Assembly (NCBI RefSeq): GCF_000143415.4
Contig: NW_003314315.1
Coordinates: 558,001 to 622,000 of the forward strand
From: Selaginella moellendorffii
Taxonomy: Eukaryota; Plantae; Lycopodiophyta
Direction: 5' to 3'
DNA: 64,000 nucleotides
Shown: positions 23,205 through 33,145 of the stretch, in pieces
Layout: the number at the start of each line of letters is the position of its first letter
How positions within the stretch are numbered: the first letter of the stretch is position 1
Position numbers and translations under genes: made by a program
Notes under the pieces: generated by a model
Seen by the model: only the letters and a program-made list of their open reading frames with translations
Database searches by the model: none
Told to the model about the DNA's origin: nothing

Positions 23205-25907
23205 ATGGTGGCTGGGAGAACTTCTTCTTCCGGCATTCCATACTGGCCCGTGGACACCGTCCTGAGCATCCAGCTGCTGACCCAATTCGTGGATCGGCTG
23301 GAGCGGCGATGCAGCAATCGAGCAGCGGAGGAGTCCGTCTACGCCAGGCTGATGCGAGCTTGCGGGATCTCGGGAGCCCTCGAGCAGGGACGCCGAGTCC
23401 ACGGCCACGTCCAGCGCCACGCTGACGATCGATCGCTTTTCTTCGGCAACAGGCTGGTAAACATGTACAGGCGATGCAGCAGCCTGGACGAGGCGAGAAA
23501 GGTCTTCGATCGGATGCGCGAGAGGGATGTTGTTTCGTGGACCGCGATGATCTCAGCATATGCCCAGACCGGGCATCAGCGACAGGCACTCGATCTTTTC
23601 ACTGAGATGGCGGGCAGCTCTCTCGACCCAAACCGCGTCACCTTTCTCGCTTTGCTCGAAGCCTGCGACTCGCCCGAGTTCCTGGAAGATGGAAAGCAGA
23701 TCCACGCTCGGGTCTCGGCGCTCCAGCTGCTGGAATCCGACGTTCCGGTGGCAAATGCGGTGATGGGGATGTACAGGAAGTGCGAGAGAGCAGATCTAGC
23801 GATGGCAGTATTTAGCGAAATGCGTGAGAGGGATTTGATTTCCTGGAACAACGCTATTGCAGCAAATGCCGAGTCGGGGGATTACACCTTTACGTTGGCG
23901 CTGCTCAAGAGCATGCAGCTGGAAGGAATGGCGCCGGACAAGGTGACATTCGTGAGCGCACTCAATGCTTGTATTGGATCGCGCTCGCTAAGCAATGGGC
24001 GATTGATCCACGCGCTGGTGCTGGAGCGAGGCATGGAGGGCGATGTAGTGCTGGGCACCGCGCTGGTGACGATGTATGGGCGATGCGGGTGCCTGGAGAG
24101 CGCGCGAGAGATCTTCCACCGCATGCCCGAGAGGAACGTCGTGTCGTGGAACGCGATGGTGGCGTCGTGCACGTTAAACGCCCACTTTGCCGAGGCGATC
24201 GAGCTCTTCAAGAGGATGGTGGCGGTGGCGATGGTGGAGCCGACACGAGTGAGCTTCATCACCGTCCTCAACGCGGTCACCACCCGGGAGGCGCTGGCGG
24301 AGGGGCGGAGGATCCACGAGATGATCCAAGAGCGCCAGCTTCTTTCCCAGATCGAGGTGGCCAACGCGCTAGTGACGATGTATGGCCGGTGTGGCGGCGT
24401 TGGAGACGCCGAGAGAGTCTTCTCCGCGATGGAGAGGCGAGACCTCGTGTCCTGGAACGCGATGATCTCGGCCTATGCCCAGTCCGGCCTCGCTTGCGAG
24501 GTGGTGAATCTCTTCCATAGAATGCGAGCCGAGCGTGTTCCTCCTGATCGCATCACCTTCCTCATGGCTCTGGACGCCTGCGCCGAGATGGGCGATCTGG
24601 ATTCCGGAAGAACAGTCCACCACCTTAGCGTCGAGAGTGGATTTGGATCGTGCATCTCCGTCGCGAACGCCACCATGCATCTCTACTCGAGCTGTTCTTC
24701 TTCCTCGAGTTCTTCTTCGTCGCTCATGGAGGTGGTGGCCGGGATCTTCGAGAGCATGGCCGCCCGCGACGTGATCTCCTGGAACACGATGATCACTGGA
24801 TACGTCCAGGCCGGCGATCCATTCTCGGCTCTCTCCATCTTCAAGCGCATGCTCCTCGAGGGGATCCGCGGGAACCAGGTGACTTTCATGTCCCTCCTCA
24901 GCGTCTGCGACTCGCGAGCTTTACTCCGGCAGGGAGAGACGATCCACCGCTGCGTCATCGATCAAACGCCGGAGCTCTCCTCGGATCCCATCGTCGCCGC
25001 GGCCATCGTCAACATGTATGGCAAATGCGGCGAGCTCGACACTGCTCGCCATCTCTTCGAGGATACGAGCCACCGGAACTTGGCGTCGTGGAACTCGATG
25101 ATCTCGGCCTACGCTCTCCACGGACGAGCCGAGCAGGCGTTTGATCTTTCGGAGCGGATGCGGAGGGAGGGAGTTCTTCCGGACCGAGTGACTTTCATCA
25201 CGCTGCTCAATGCCTGCGTCGCCGGAGGAGCTGTCCGCCAGGGAAAGATGATCCACGCCCGGATCATCGACAGTGGACTGGAGAAGGACACGGTGGTGGC
25301 AAACGCGCTCGTCAACTTCTACTCCAAGTGTGGGAACTTGGACACCGCCACCTCTCTGTTTGGAGCTCTGGATTACCGCGACGTCGTGTCCTGGAACGGG
25401 ATCATCGCTGGCTTTGCACACAACGGCCACGCTCGCGAGGCTCTCAAGTCGATGTGGCTGATGCAGCAGGACGGCGTGAGGCCGGACGCCATAACTTTCC
25501 TCACCATCCTCTCCGCCAGCAGCCATGCCGGCTTCCTCCGCCAAGGTGGTGACGACTTTGTGTCCATGGCAGTGGATCACGAGCTGGAGCGCGGCGTCGA
25601 GCACTACGGCTGCATGATCGACTTGCTGGGACGAGCTGGGAGGATTGGCGAGGCCGAATACTTTGTGAGCGCAATGCGGGACGAGGACAAGGAGGTGTCG
25701 TGGATGACTCTGCTGTCGGCATGTGAGGTGCACGGGGACGAGGAGCGGGCCAAAAGAGTTGCCGGGAGCATTGTGGAGATGAATCCGCAGCACTCGAGCG
25801 CCTATGTGGCTCTCTCCAACTTGTATGCGACTTGTGGTGACGGGAGCTTTCGCTTCAAGAGGCCCAGGCTCAAGAAAAGCTTGCTTGCTAAGTCGAGTTC
25901 TGGATAA
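23205..25907 (+). CDS. PLS-E class PPR protein (candidate organellar RNA editing factor), intronless, 900 aa
   Basis: Repeated P-L-S triplets (VVSWTAMISAYAQ, VTFLALLEAC, ALVTMYGRCG), then EHYGCMIDLLGRAG and the E domain SAYVALSNLYA. No DYW domain. Confidence 0.95.
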   Translation: MVAGRTSSSGIPYWPVDTVLSIQLLTQFVDRLERRCSNRAAEESVYARLMRACGISGALEQGRRVHGHVQRHADDRSLFFGNRLVNMYRRCSSLDEARKVFDRMRERDVVSWTAMISAYAQTGHQRQALDLFTEMAGSSLDPNRVTFLALLEACDSPEFLEDGKQIHARVSALQLLESDVPVANAVMGMYRKCERADLAMAVFSEMRERDLISWNNAIAANAESGDYTFTLALLKSMQLEGMAPDKVTFVSALNACIGSRSLSNGRLIHALVLERGMEGDVVLGTALVTMYGRCGCLESAREIFHRMPERNVVSWNAMVASCTLNAHFAEAIELFKRMVAVAMVEPTRVSFITVLNAVTTREALAEGRRIHEMIQERQLLSQIEVANALVTMYGRCGGVGDAERVFSAMERRDLVSWNAMISAYAQSGLACEVVNLFHRMRAERVPPDRITFLMALDACAEMGDLDSGRTVHHLSVESGFGSCISVANATMHLYSSCSSSSSSSSSLMEVVAGIFESMAARDVISWNTMITGYVQAGDPFSALSIFKRMLLEGIRGNQVTFMSLLSVCDSRALLRQGETIHRCVIDQTPELSSDPIVAAAIVNMYGKCGELDTARHLFEDTSHRNLASWNSMISAYALHGRAEQAFDLSERMRREGVLPDRVTFITLLNACVAGGAVRQGKMIHARIIDSGLEKDTVVANALVNFYSKCGNLDTATSLFGALDYRDVVSWNGIIAGFAHNGHAREALKSMWLMQQDGVRPDAITFLTILSASSHAGFLRQGGDDFVSMAVDHELERGVEHYGCMIDLLGRAGRIGEAEYFVSAMRDEDKEVSWMTLLSACEVHGDEERAKRVAGSIVEMNPQHSSAYVALSNLYATCGDGSFRFKRPRLKKSLLAKSSSG

Positions 25908-26081
25908 CTTACTTCGATCTAGGAGTAGACACACAGTGAAAACATGACAAAGGAAATGTAAATTATGATAACAAAGACGCTGACATATGCTCGACATATC
26001 CTATATCCTGGAATGAAGAGAAGGATTGTCAGTATGATCTCGAGCAAAAAGATATAGTAGACTTCCTACCTCCTGAGTCAG

Positions 26082-29000
26082 CTACATGAGAGATGCCACT
26101 TTTGGACGTAGACTCTTTGCAAGGTCTTCGAAGCTCCTCGAGAGCTGGATCTCGTCAATGCTCACTTGAAACATGCCGTCGCCAGCAGCAGCCATGTCGG
26201 TGAGAAGTTTCTTCGCGGAATTGGTCGGATCGGTCGCAAACATGATGGTGTGAAAGATGAGACTCTGTTCCAGCTTCTTGAGTTGGTTCACGCAGTGCAC
26301 GGGATCCAAACCTCCATAGTTGTCACCATCGCTCAGAAACACCACTGCCGGACTCTTGCCGGCCACTGCTGGATCACTGACCGAGCGAACTAGAATCTCT
26401 TCCACGCGAGCAATCCCGGACGAGTAAACAGTTCCCCCGGCGTCTTCAAAAGTGAGAAGCTTGTCCACCTGAGGCTCGGACATGTGCTCCCGCTCCATCG
26501 CGATCTGTCCGTGGTCGTCGAAGAGAACCACTGACATTACGTCTTGAAGGTTGGCGGCTATGCGGGTCCGAATGAAACGAACCATGGCCTCGAAGACGCA
26601 GCCGAGACGGTTCTCCGGGAACTTGACCATCTTCGGTTTAATGTCCGGCGATCCCATGGATCCTGATCGATCCACCACAAAAATGACATGGCTGGACACG
26701 TCTTGGGAGTGGTTGCACGCAAAGTTGTGTCCGTCTTCAGTCACGTAGCCTGTATAAGAGATTGCTTTGGGAACTGGATCGTGCCACAGCTTCTCAATGC
26801 AATACGATTTTCCTGCAGCCTGGAAAGTACTGCTACCTGCAAAGAAAAAAAAAAATAGAGTCATGCAAACTAAGAGCTTCCAAACGTAGATTACCTGAGC
26901 TGCTACCGCTGCCGTTGTGTTCGGTAGATTGGCAGCAGTGGCCGCAGAGAGCAAACTGCCTCTGGTCGTCTTCCGAGCAGGGATCCTTAAACTTCATGTT
27001 CTTCCAGTACGTTGCATGAGTGAGCTCGTCTTTTGGAGTGTCGAAGTCTGGACCATATCTCACAGTCGCGTGACGAGCTCCTTCCAAAAATTTCACATTG
27101 CCGCAGACACCGTCGTCCTTCTGGTCCTTCTGGCAAACAGCCAGGTGGATATGTCCACGGCCTCTAGCTTTGCAGTGCATCATGCACATCTCAGCCGCAC
27201 CAGACTCTCCCCACTCGTACTTCCGCCCCTCGATCTCGACTTCCTCACTTTCGGCTACGAAAGTTTGCTGCGTCATGTTGCCGTGAGTTGTATCGTGAGG
27301 TCCTGGATGATCGATTGGCAAGTGGCAAAAGTAGCCACACCCCTGGCATTTCGACTCGCAGAAGTGGACGGCATCCGGATTGACGGTGTGCAAATGCTGG
27401 CCTGGATGCTCCAGCTCAAAAGGTGGTATCGGAATGCAGCACAGCTTCTTCTTCCCATTCTGCTCCGAGACGTAGTCGTACTCAAAGGTCGAACGCTTTC
27501 CCTGGAATGTGCGAGTTTTCTTTAGAACTTCAGTGAGAACCACGCAGTTACCCTTGCATTCACAGTCGCTCGGACACTGGTGCTCGTTCCCGCAGAGATG
27601 GACTCTAGCTTTGAGCGAGTGGAAGTGGTCCTCCATAGCACATTTCCTGTTGCACCCGTCCATGGTACACTGGCTGACGCACATCTTCTCGTGGCAGGTA
27701 TGAGTGTGGTCGATCACCGCCAGAGGATGAACGCAGGTATTTCTACACCCCGGAAGCGAGCAGTCCTCCTTGCACATATGCTGCTTCGAGTTGCAAGTGT
27801 GGTCGCCATGGTGTGCGATTTTGAGAGTGCAAGCCTTGTTGCAGTTGGACGACTTCTCCCAGAGGTGGCACGTCTCTCCACAGGTGTGGCTCTTGAGCTT
27901 GCAGTCGTGCAGACCTTCGTGACCAGCCTTGTCCACGCAGCGCTCCATACTCGAAGCCTCCTCCTTGCAAAACGAGCAGTACTGCTTGCAGCGATGGCTA
28001 CCTTTGCAGCTGTGATGACCCGGATGTGCCTTCTCCAAGATGCAACGAAGAAAGCACTGCCCACACTTGCAGCTACACAGCGCCAGTTTGTCTTTCACAT
28101 CCGCCACTGCCGCTGTAACTTCCAGAAGCAGCTTCTGGACATCACCGTCCGATGAGAAGTCACGGGTGTTGGCTTTGATCCAGTTAGCCACTCGAGTCTT
28201 GCGTCTCTCTGCTAGAGATCCCAGGAAATTCTCCAAGGACGCGTGCCATTCTTCGTCGCTACATAGACTCTCTTCACGGGGCACCACCTTCTCAAACTCC
28301 GGTATCAGCTTCTCCAAAACTGTGTTGGCGACGTCCATTTCTTCGTATCCTGCAAGCTGAAGACGTGTGTCGAGAACGTCGAACGTGTGACCACTCACGA
28401 GAATTGGCTCGTCTTCAAACTTGTCCTCCGAATCAAAGTCGACCAGCTCTCTTTTCTCGTCGCCTGCGAGACATCCCAGAGCTATGGCTGTCCTCAAGTG
28501 CTTCCTCAGCATACTGACTTTGAAGCCGATCCTTTTGGTGTCGATAGGAGACCAGTCCTTGGAACAGATCTGTGCTATCACCAGCTTCAAATCTCTCAGG
28601 AAACTCTTCCCAGTCTGGTGCACCGCATCAAGCCCTTCGACAGTCGCAGCGATCTGCGATATGCTCTCGTGGAATTCCTTCCGGTTGAAAGGTGGCATGG
28701 CTGAAATCTCCACAAGACCCCCGTACATTCTCGTCAGGAAGTTGTCTTTGGACTTGTTGCAAATGTAGAGGATCTTCGAGTAGAACTCTTCGCGAAGATC
28801 GTCAACATCAGCTGCATCTACGTCTTTGATGGCCATGTAAAACAGTCCTTTGAAGAGCTTGTCATCGTCTTTCACCAAGCTCACACCGTTTTGGAACCGT
28901 TCGAACACGGCCTCCGTTTCCTTGTCAAGGTGGAAATCCTGGACAAGAAAAACCAACATTTTAGTAACATTGCATTAGCAAACAAATGCAAACTGACCTT

Positions 29001-32000
29001 CTTGTTGAACAAAGTTATGTTGCTGATGGCAGCGTTCAGGATGGCCAGGAACATATCCTCCTGCTCACTTCGCTCGAAGCTTCCAAGTCCTTCAAAATCC
29101 AGAATAATAAACATGCAGTCCTCACTGGCCCGGCAAGTCATCCACACGCCATCCGTGCAGCGTCCACCGGCAACGTCAAGGACCGAGCCACTCAGGTGAT
29201 TCAAGAGGTACGACTTTCCACTGCTCTGCTTCCCCATCGACGAGATAACTTTCACAGGCCCCGTCCAGCTTTCGAGAAGAGCATCGTAGACGCTGAACTG
29301 AATGATGCCTGCAAGCTGGATAGCGTCTCCATAGCTCACGTCTGCTGCCATCTCCAGTCCATCGATCAGAGGCCTCAAGTTGTTGTTTTGAGCTCGAGCG
29401 ATCTGCACCGGAACGAGGGACATCAGCTGACGCAGAAACTCGCTCATGTTCCTGTCCTCTGGCTGCACCAGCATTCCTGAGTCGCTGAAGAACTGCAGAT
29501 CGAAGAGGATCCTCAGGCCCGAGAAATCCTTGCCCTTGTCCTTCTCCAGCTGCTGGACGATTCTTTCCGCATGGCTGGTGAGCTTTCTTCTCGCTACCAT
29601 CGGGTCGCCTCTCAAGACGTCTACCACCAAAGAAAACCGGAGAATCCTCGAAGAATTAATGAGCGGAGGACTCACTGCATACTTGTCGAAGACATGGTAG
29701 ATGTAGTCGAGCTCGTGACACATCGATTCCTCACTTTCTGCTGGTGCCACTTCTGCCTTGGTAAAAGAGTCCCTGACGAGCTGACAGCTTTGGGAGGACA
29801 CCGTTACTTTCAGACGCAGCGACCGCACCACATTCATATCCTCTCCATCACTGATTAGCATCTGCATCTGCGTCCCAAAATTCGCCACCGCAAGCTGGAA
29901 GTTACTCCCATTCTTGACTGCTACTCCCAAGTCCACTGCTTTCATGCGTTCCAAACTGTCGTCGAGTCTGTAAACTTCAGCTGAAAGTGCCGCTCCAACT
30001 TCCGACGGGTCACCACACACTGCGACCAGGCAGAGGCCATCCGGTGTCAAGCAAGGCCTCAGGAACGAAGTTGGAAGCTGGATGACTCGCGGCTTCATCA
30101 TTCCTGGTTGTACCGCTTCAAAAACCCGGACACAGAAGTCCTCGTCCGCCACTAAGAGCTCCTCTCTGCCGGGTATGAACTCCATCCAGGTGATGTTCCT
30201 GCTGCCACCGTAGTTGCTAAGTAGAATCGTGACCCCGTTCCACATCAGCTCGCGGAACGACTCGTCAAACCGGTATACTTTGATCATTGCTCCCGAGACG
30301 TCGTATAGAGCGATGAACCTCAAGACCTCGTCATAAGCAACAAGATCCGCGCCCCTGCTGAAAGTCTTGACGTGCATCTTTGGGCTTGGAACGTTCAAGT
30401 GTGCTCCCAAACTCGGGCATAAGTATATGCTCAGCTGCGAGTTCTGGAGTCCTCTGACGAAAACGAGCACCTGTCCAGACTTCAGGAAGACGACTTTAGA
30501 CAGTCCAAACTCGCTAGCTTCCAAGTCCACCACGTCACACGTTTGAGAGCACTTGAGGGTGATAAAGTGCTCGCGGTTTTGCATCTGAACTTCCAGATCT
30601 TTCTTCGTAGGCAGCAACTCGACAGCTTTCCAGGAGACACGCTCATTCTGAGTGACTTCTCTTCTGAAACGAATCTGGACCCGGTCGCTGTAAGCCTCTG
30701 AAACGCAAGTGTCCAACAAGACTTTCGGACGTGTGTCGTTGGGATCCCACAGTTTCGCTCGAAACTCTGCTACGCATTCGGACTTCTTGGACTTGATAGC
30801 TTGCTTGAGCTGCGCCCGTTTCTCCGTCAACTCAGAAGTGGCCGTTGACTTCAAAAAGCCAAAGAGAACTTCCTCGGAGCTTTCAAAGATACTGCTGAAG
30901 AACTTCATCCGACCAGTTCTGTAGACCTCAGCACACCAAGGAAGTATCTTGTCTTCTGCCTCCAAAACAAATGGTCCAGCTGAAGCCCGTATTTCCTGCC
31001 ACCTTTCCTCGCATAACCTCGCATTGGACGCATACTGGAACTGGTTCTTATCCGCAAGCACGCCATGGAAAAGAACCTCGTCATCTGCTTCTTCGGGAAT
31101 ACCCAGCATAGCTTTGTGAGAGATCACAAAGTCCGCAAGCACAGCTTTCCCCTCCAGAGCCACCACCTCCTTGGCGAACGAATCTATCCATGAGTGAATC
31201 CCGGAATCGACCTTGGTGAAGCCAACATCGTAGATTGTCGACCCTCTCCAGTTCAATATCCCAACTATGACGTCGAGCGTAAATCTGTCGTTCGTGAACA
31301 CTGGACCGGTTCTGCGACGAGAAGAAAGTTTGAAGGTGGCAGTGGAGTCTTTCTCATTAACCGCAGAAAGCATGTCACCATACCGCACCGGACCTGACTT
31401 TCTCATATCAGCGGACAGAATGGTGTAGGAGCCACCCAAATTGTCAAAGGTAACTCTCGAGCCGATGAACACGATTGAACCTCTGTGACTGTTGAGCACG
31501 CTGGCCAGCCTCGACTCCAAAGTCTCCACAGCCTTGGTGTCCAAATCTCGAGTCGACTTGCCTGGCTTATCACAGTATTCCAGAAACTCTAGAATACTTG
31601 CACCACTCAGCTGACATGGTGAAACTTCCCCATGGACTTTCGAGTAGGCCCTCTCCTCCCAGGGAAAATGGAGCCTCAGGTAAGCCTTCAACCCCTCGGC
31701 CAAAGTTTGAAGCACAGATATCTTCCTCACGGTTAGGTAGTCTTCCGTGTTGGAGAGTTTTCTGGACTCCACGTCCATGGATCTATCGAGCGCACGGAGA
31801 CTGTCGGACAACGTGTCAAAACCATTCAGCTTCGCTGCGCTTGCAAAGAGAAGAAAGCCGGTTTCCCTCAGCTTACTGAGGTCGAGGCAGAGATCTTTCC
31901 ACTCCTCCATCTTTCCAGGCATGTATGATCGAGAAACTGTCCATTCTCCAGACACAAGCTTCGTTTCCGGAGTGTACTTCTCGGGAACAAGTAGCGCACA

Positions 32001-32771
32001 GCGATGAAAGCCTTCACTCCACATTGAACAGTATCCAGACGCCACAGGTGGGAGACCTTTCAGGCGCAGCTCAAAGCCTGGTAGCACCCCAAAGTCATTC
32101 TCTGACGAGTTCACGACCGATATCTGCAGCCTCTGGATCCGATTCTTTTTCGCTGCCACCCTCACCACTGAAGAAACATTCGCACCGCCATCTTCAACTT
32201 CCATGCAGCAGTAGACCGCGTCGCAAAGATCCAAGAGGTAGCGTATGAAGTTGCAAGAGATGTCACCCCGTCGTGCAGCCGAGAACTTCTTATCCGGATG
32301 CCAGTAGAAGAGCACAAGCTTCTTCTCCTCGAACAGAGCTCCGTAAAGTCCAGGCAGAAGGGAGTCCTCTTGAAGCTGTGTCACCGTCTCTTCCGGAAGT
32401 TGGCCGTGCTGCAGTAGAACTTTGGCCAGAATGCGTTTGCTCCCGTAGAGCCCCACCGTGGCTAAAACGGAGCTGTCCAACCGAGAGAGATCCAAGATCC
32501 AGCGGCCGCTAGATGATGACTTAACCGAGCCTGGAGCCACAGCGTTGAAGAACGCAAAGATGTCCTCTCGATTGATCAGCACCTTCTCGACGAAGCTCAA
32601 GTCTTGCTTGTCCGACTTTACCCCGATCAAGTTGAAAAGAGCGTTCGCTGGAGGTGATACCTGGACAACTTCCATCGGATCGCCAAGAACAGGAGGTATT
32701 TCATTGTCGACGTAGTCGAGCTCAGGATTCGCGTTCACCATCTCGAAATCGTCAGCCGCGCCTCCTCCCAT
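26082..32771 (-). CDS. Giant (about 2190 aa) VLIG/GBP-like GTPase with Cys/His-rich repeats and a C-terminal vWA domain (exons 32771-28998, 28938-26895, 26836-26082)
   Basis: Two GT-AG introns (28997-28939, 26894-26837) join three ORFs into 6573 nt, or 2190 aa. G1 GKQSSGKS, G2 GRCT, G3 DFEG, G4-like IKDVD; multiple C-x5-H-x-G-x-H-x-C repeats; vWA MIDAS DRSGS...GGT...LSDG. Confidence 0.88.
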
Positions 32772-33145
32772 TGTACCAATCCTGGATTTCTTCTCACAGA
32801 ATCCAGAAAGCCACGAGTTTGTAGAAGAAAGCTATAGAAAATTCCCCACGCAAAGCAAGAACAAAGAAGATCAAGGGATCCAAGCAGCCAAGCAATCTAG
32901 GCGCGAGCGCTTACCCGATCAAAGCTTCGCTTGCGAGCACGATCACCAACGAATAGCACCGAGATCGAAAATATCACTTCGCGAATACGATCGGACGTGC
33001 CATCACGCCGCGCCACCGGGAGGAAATGCGCGATAAACCCTTCTAAAGTTTTAAATATCGCATTTTACGCGGGAAAGATAGAGGAATATATGCCAGGAAT
33101 GGGCATTTTTCTCGTGTTCTTCGACGCTTTTCTGCGTGAAACCAG

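Noticed and set aside
24921-25997. 358-aa antisense ORF over the PPR gene (also 36854-37888 and similar)
   Set aside because: Shadow ORFs expected on the opposite strand of GC-rich coding sequence.
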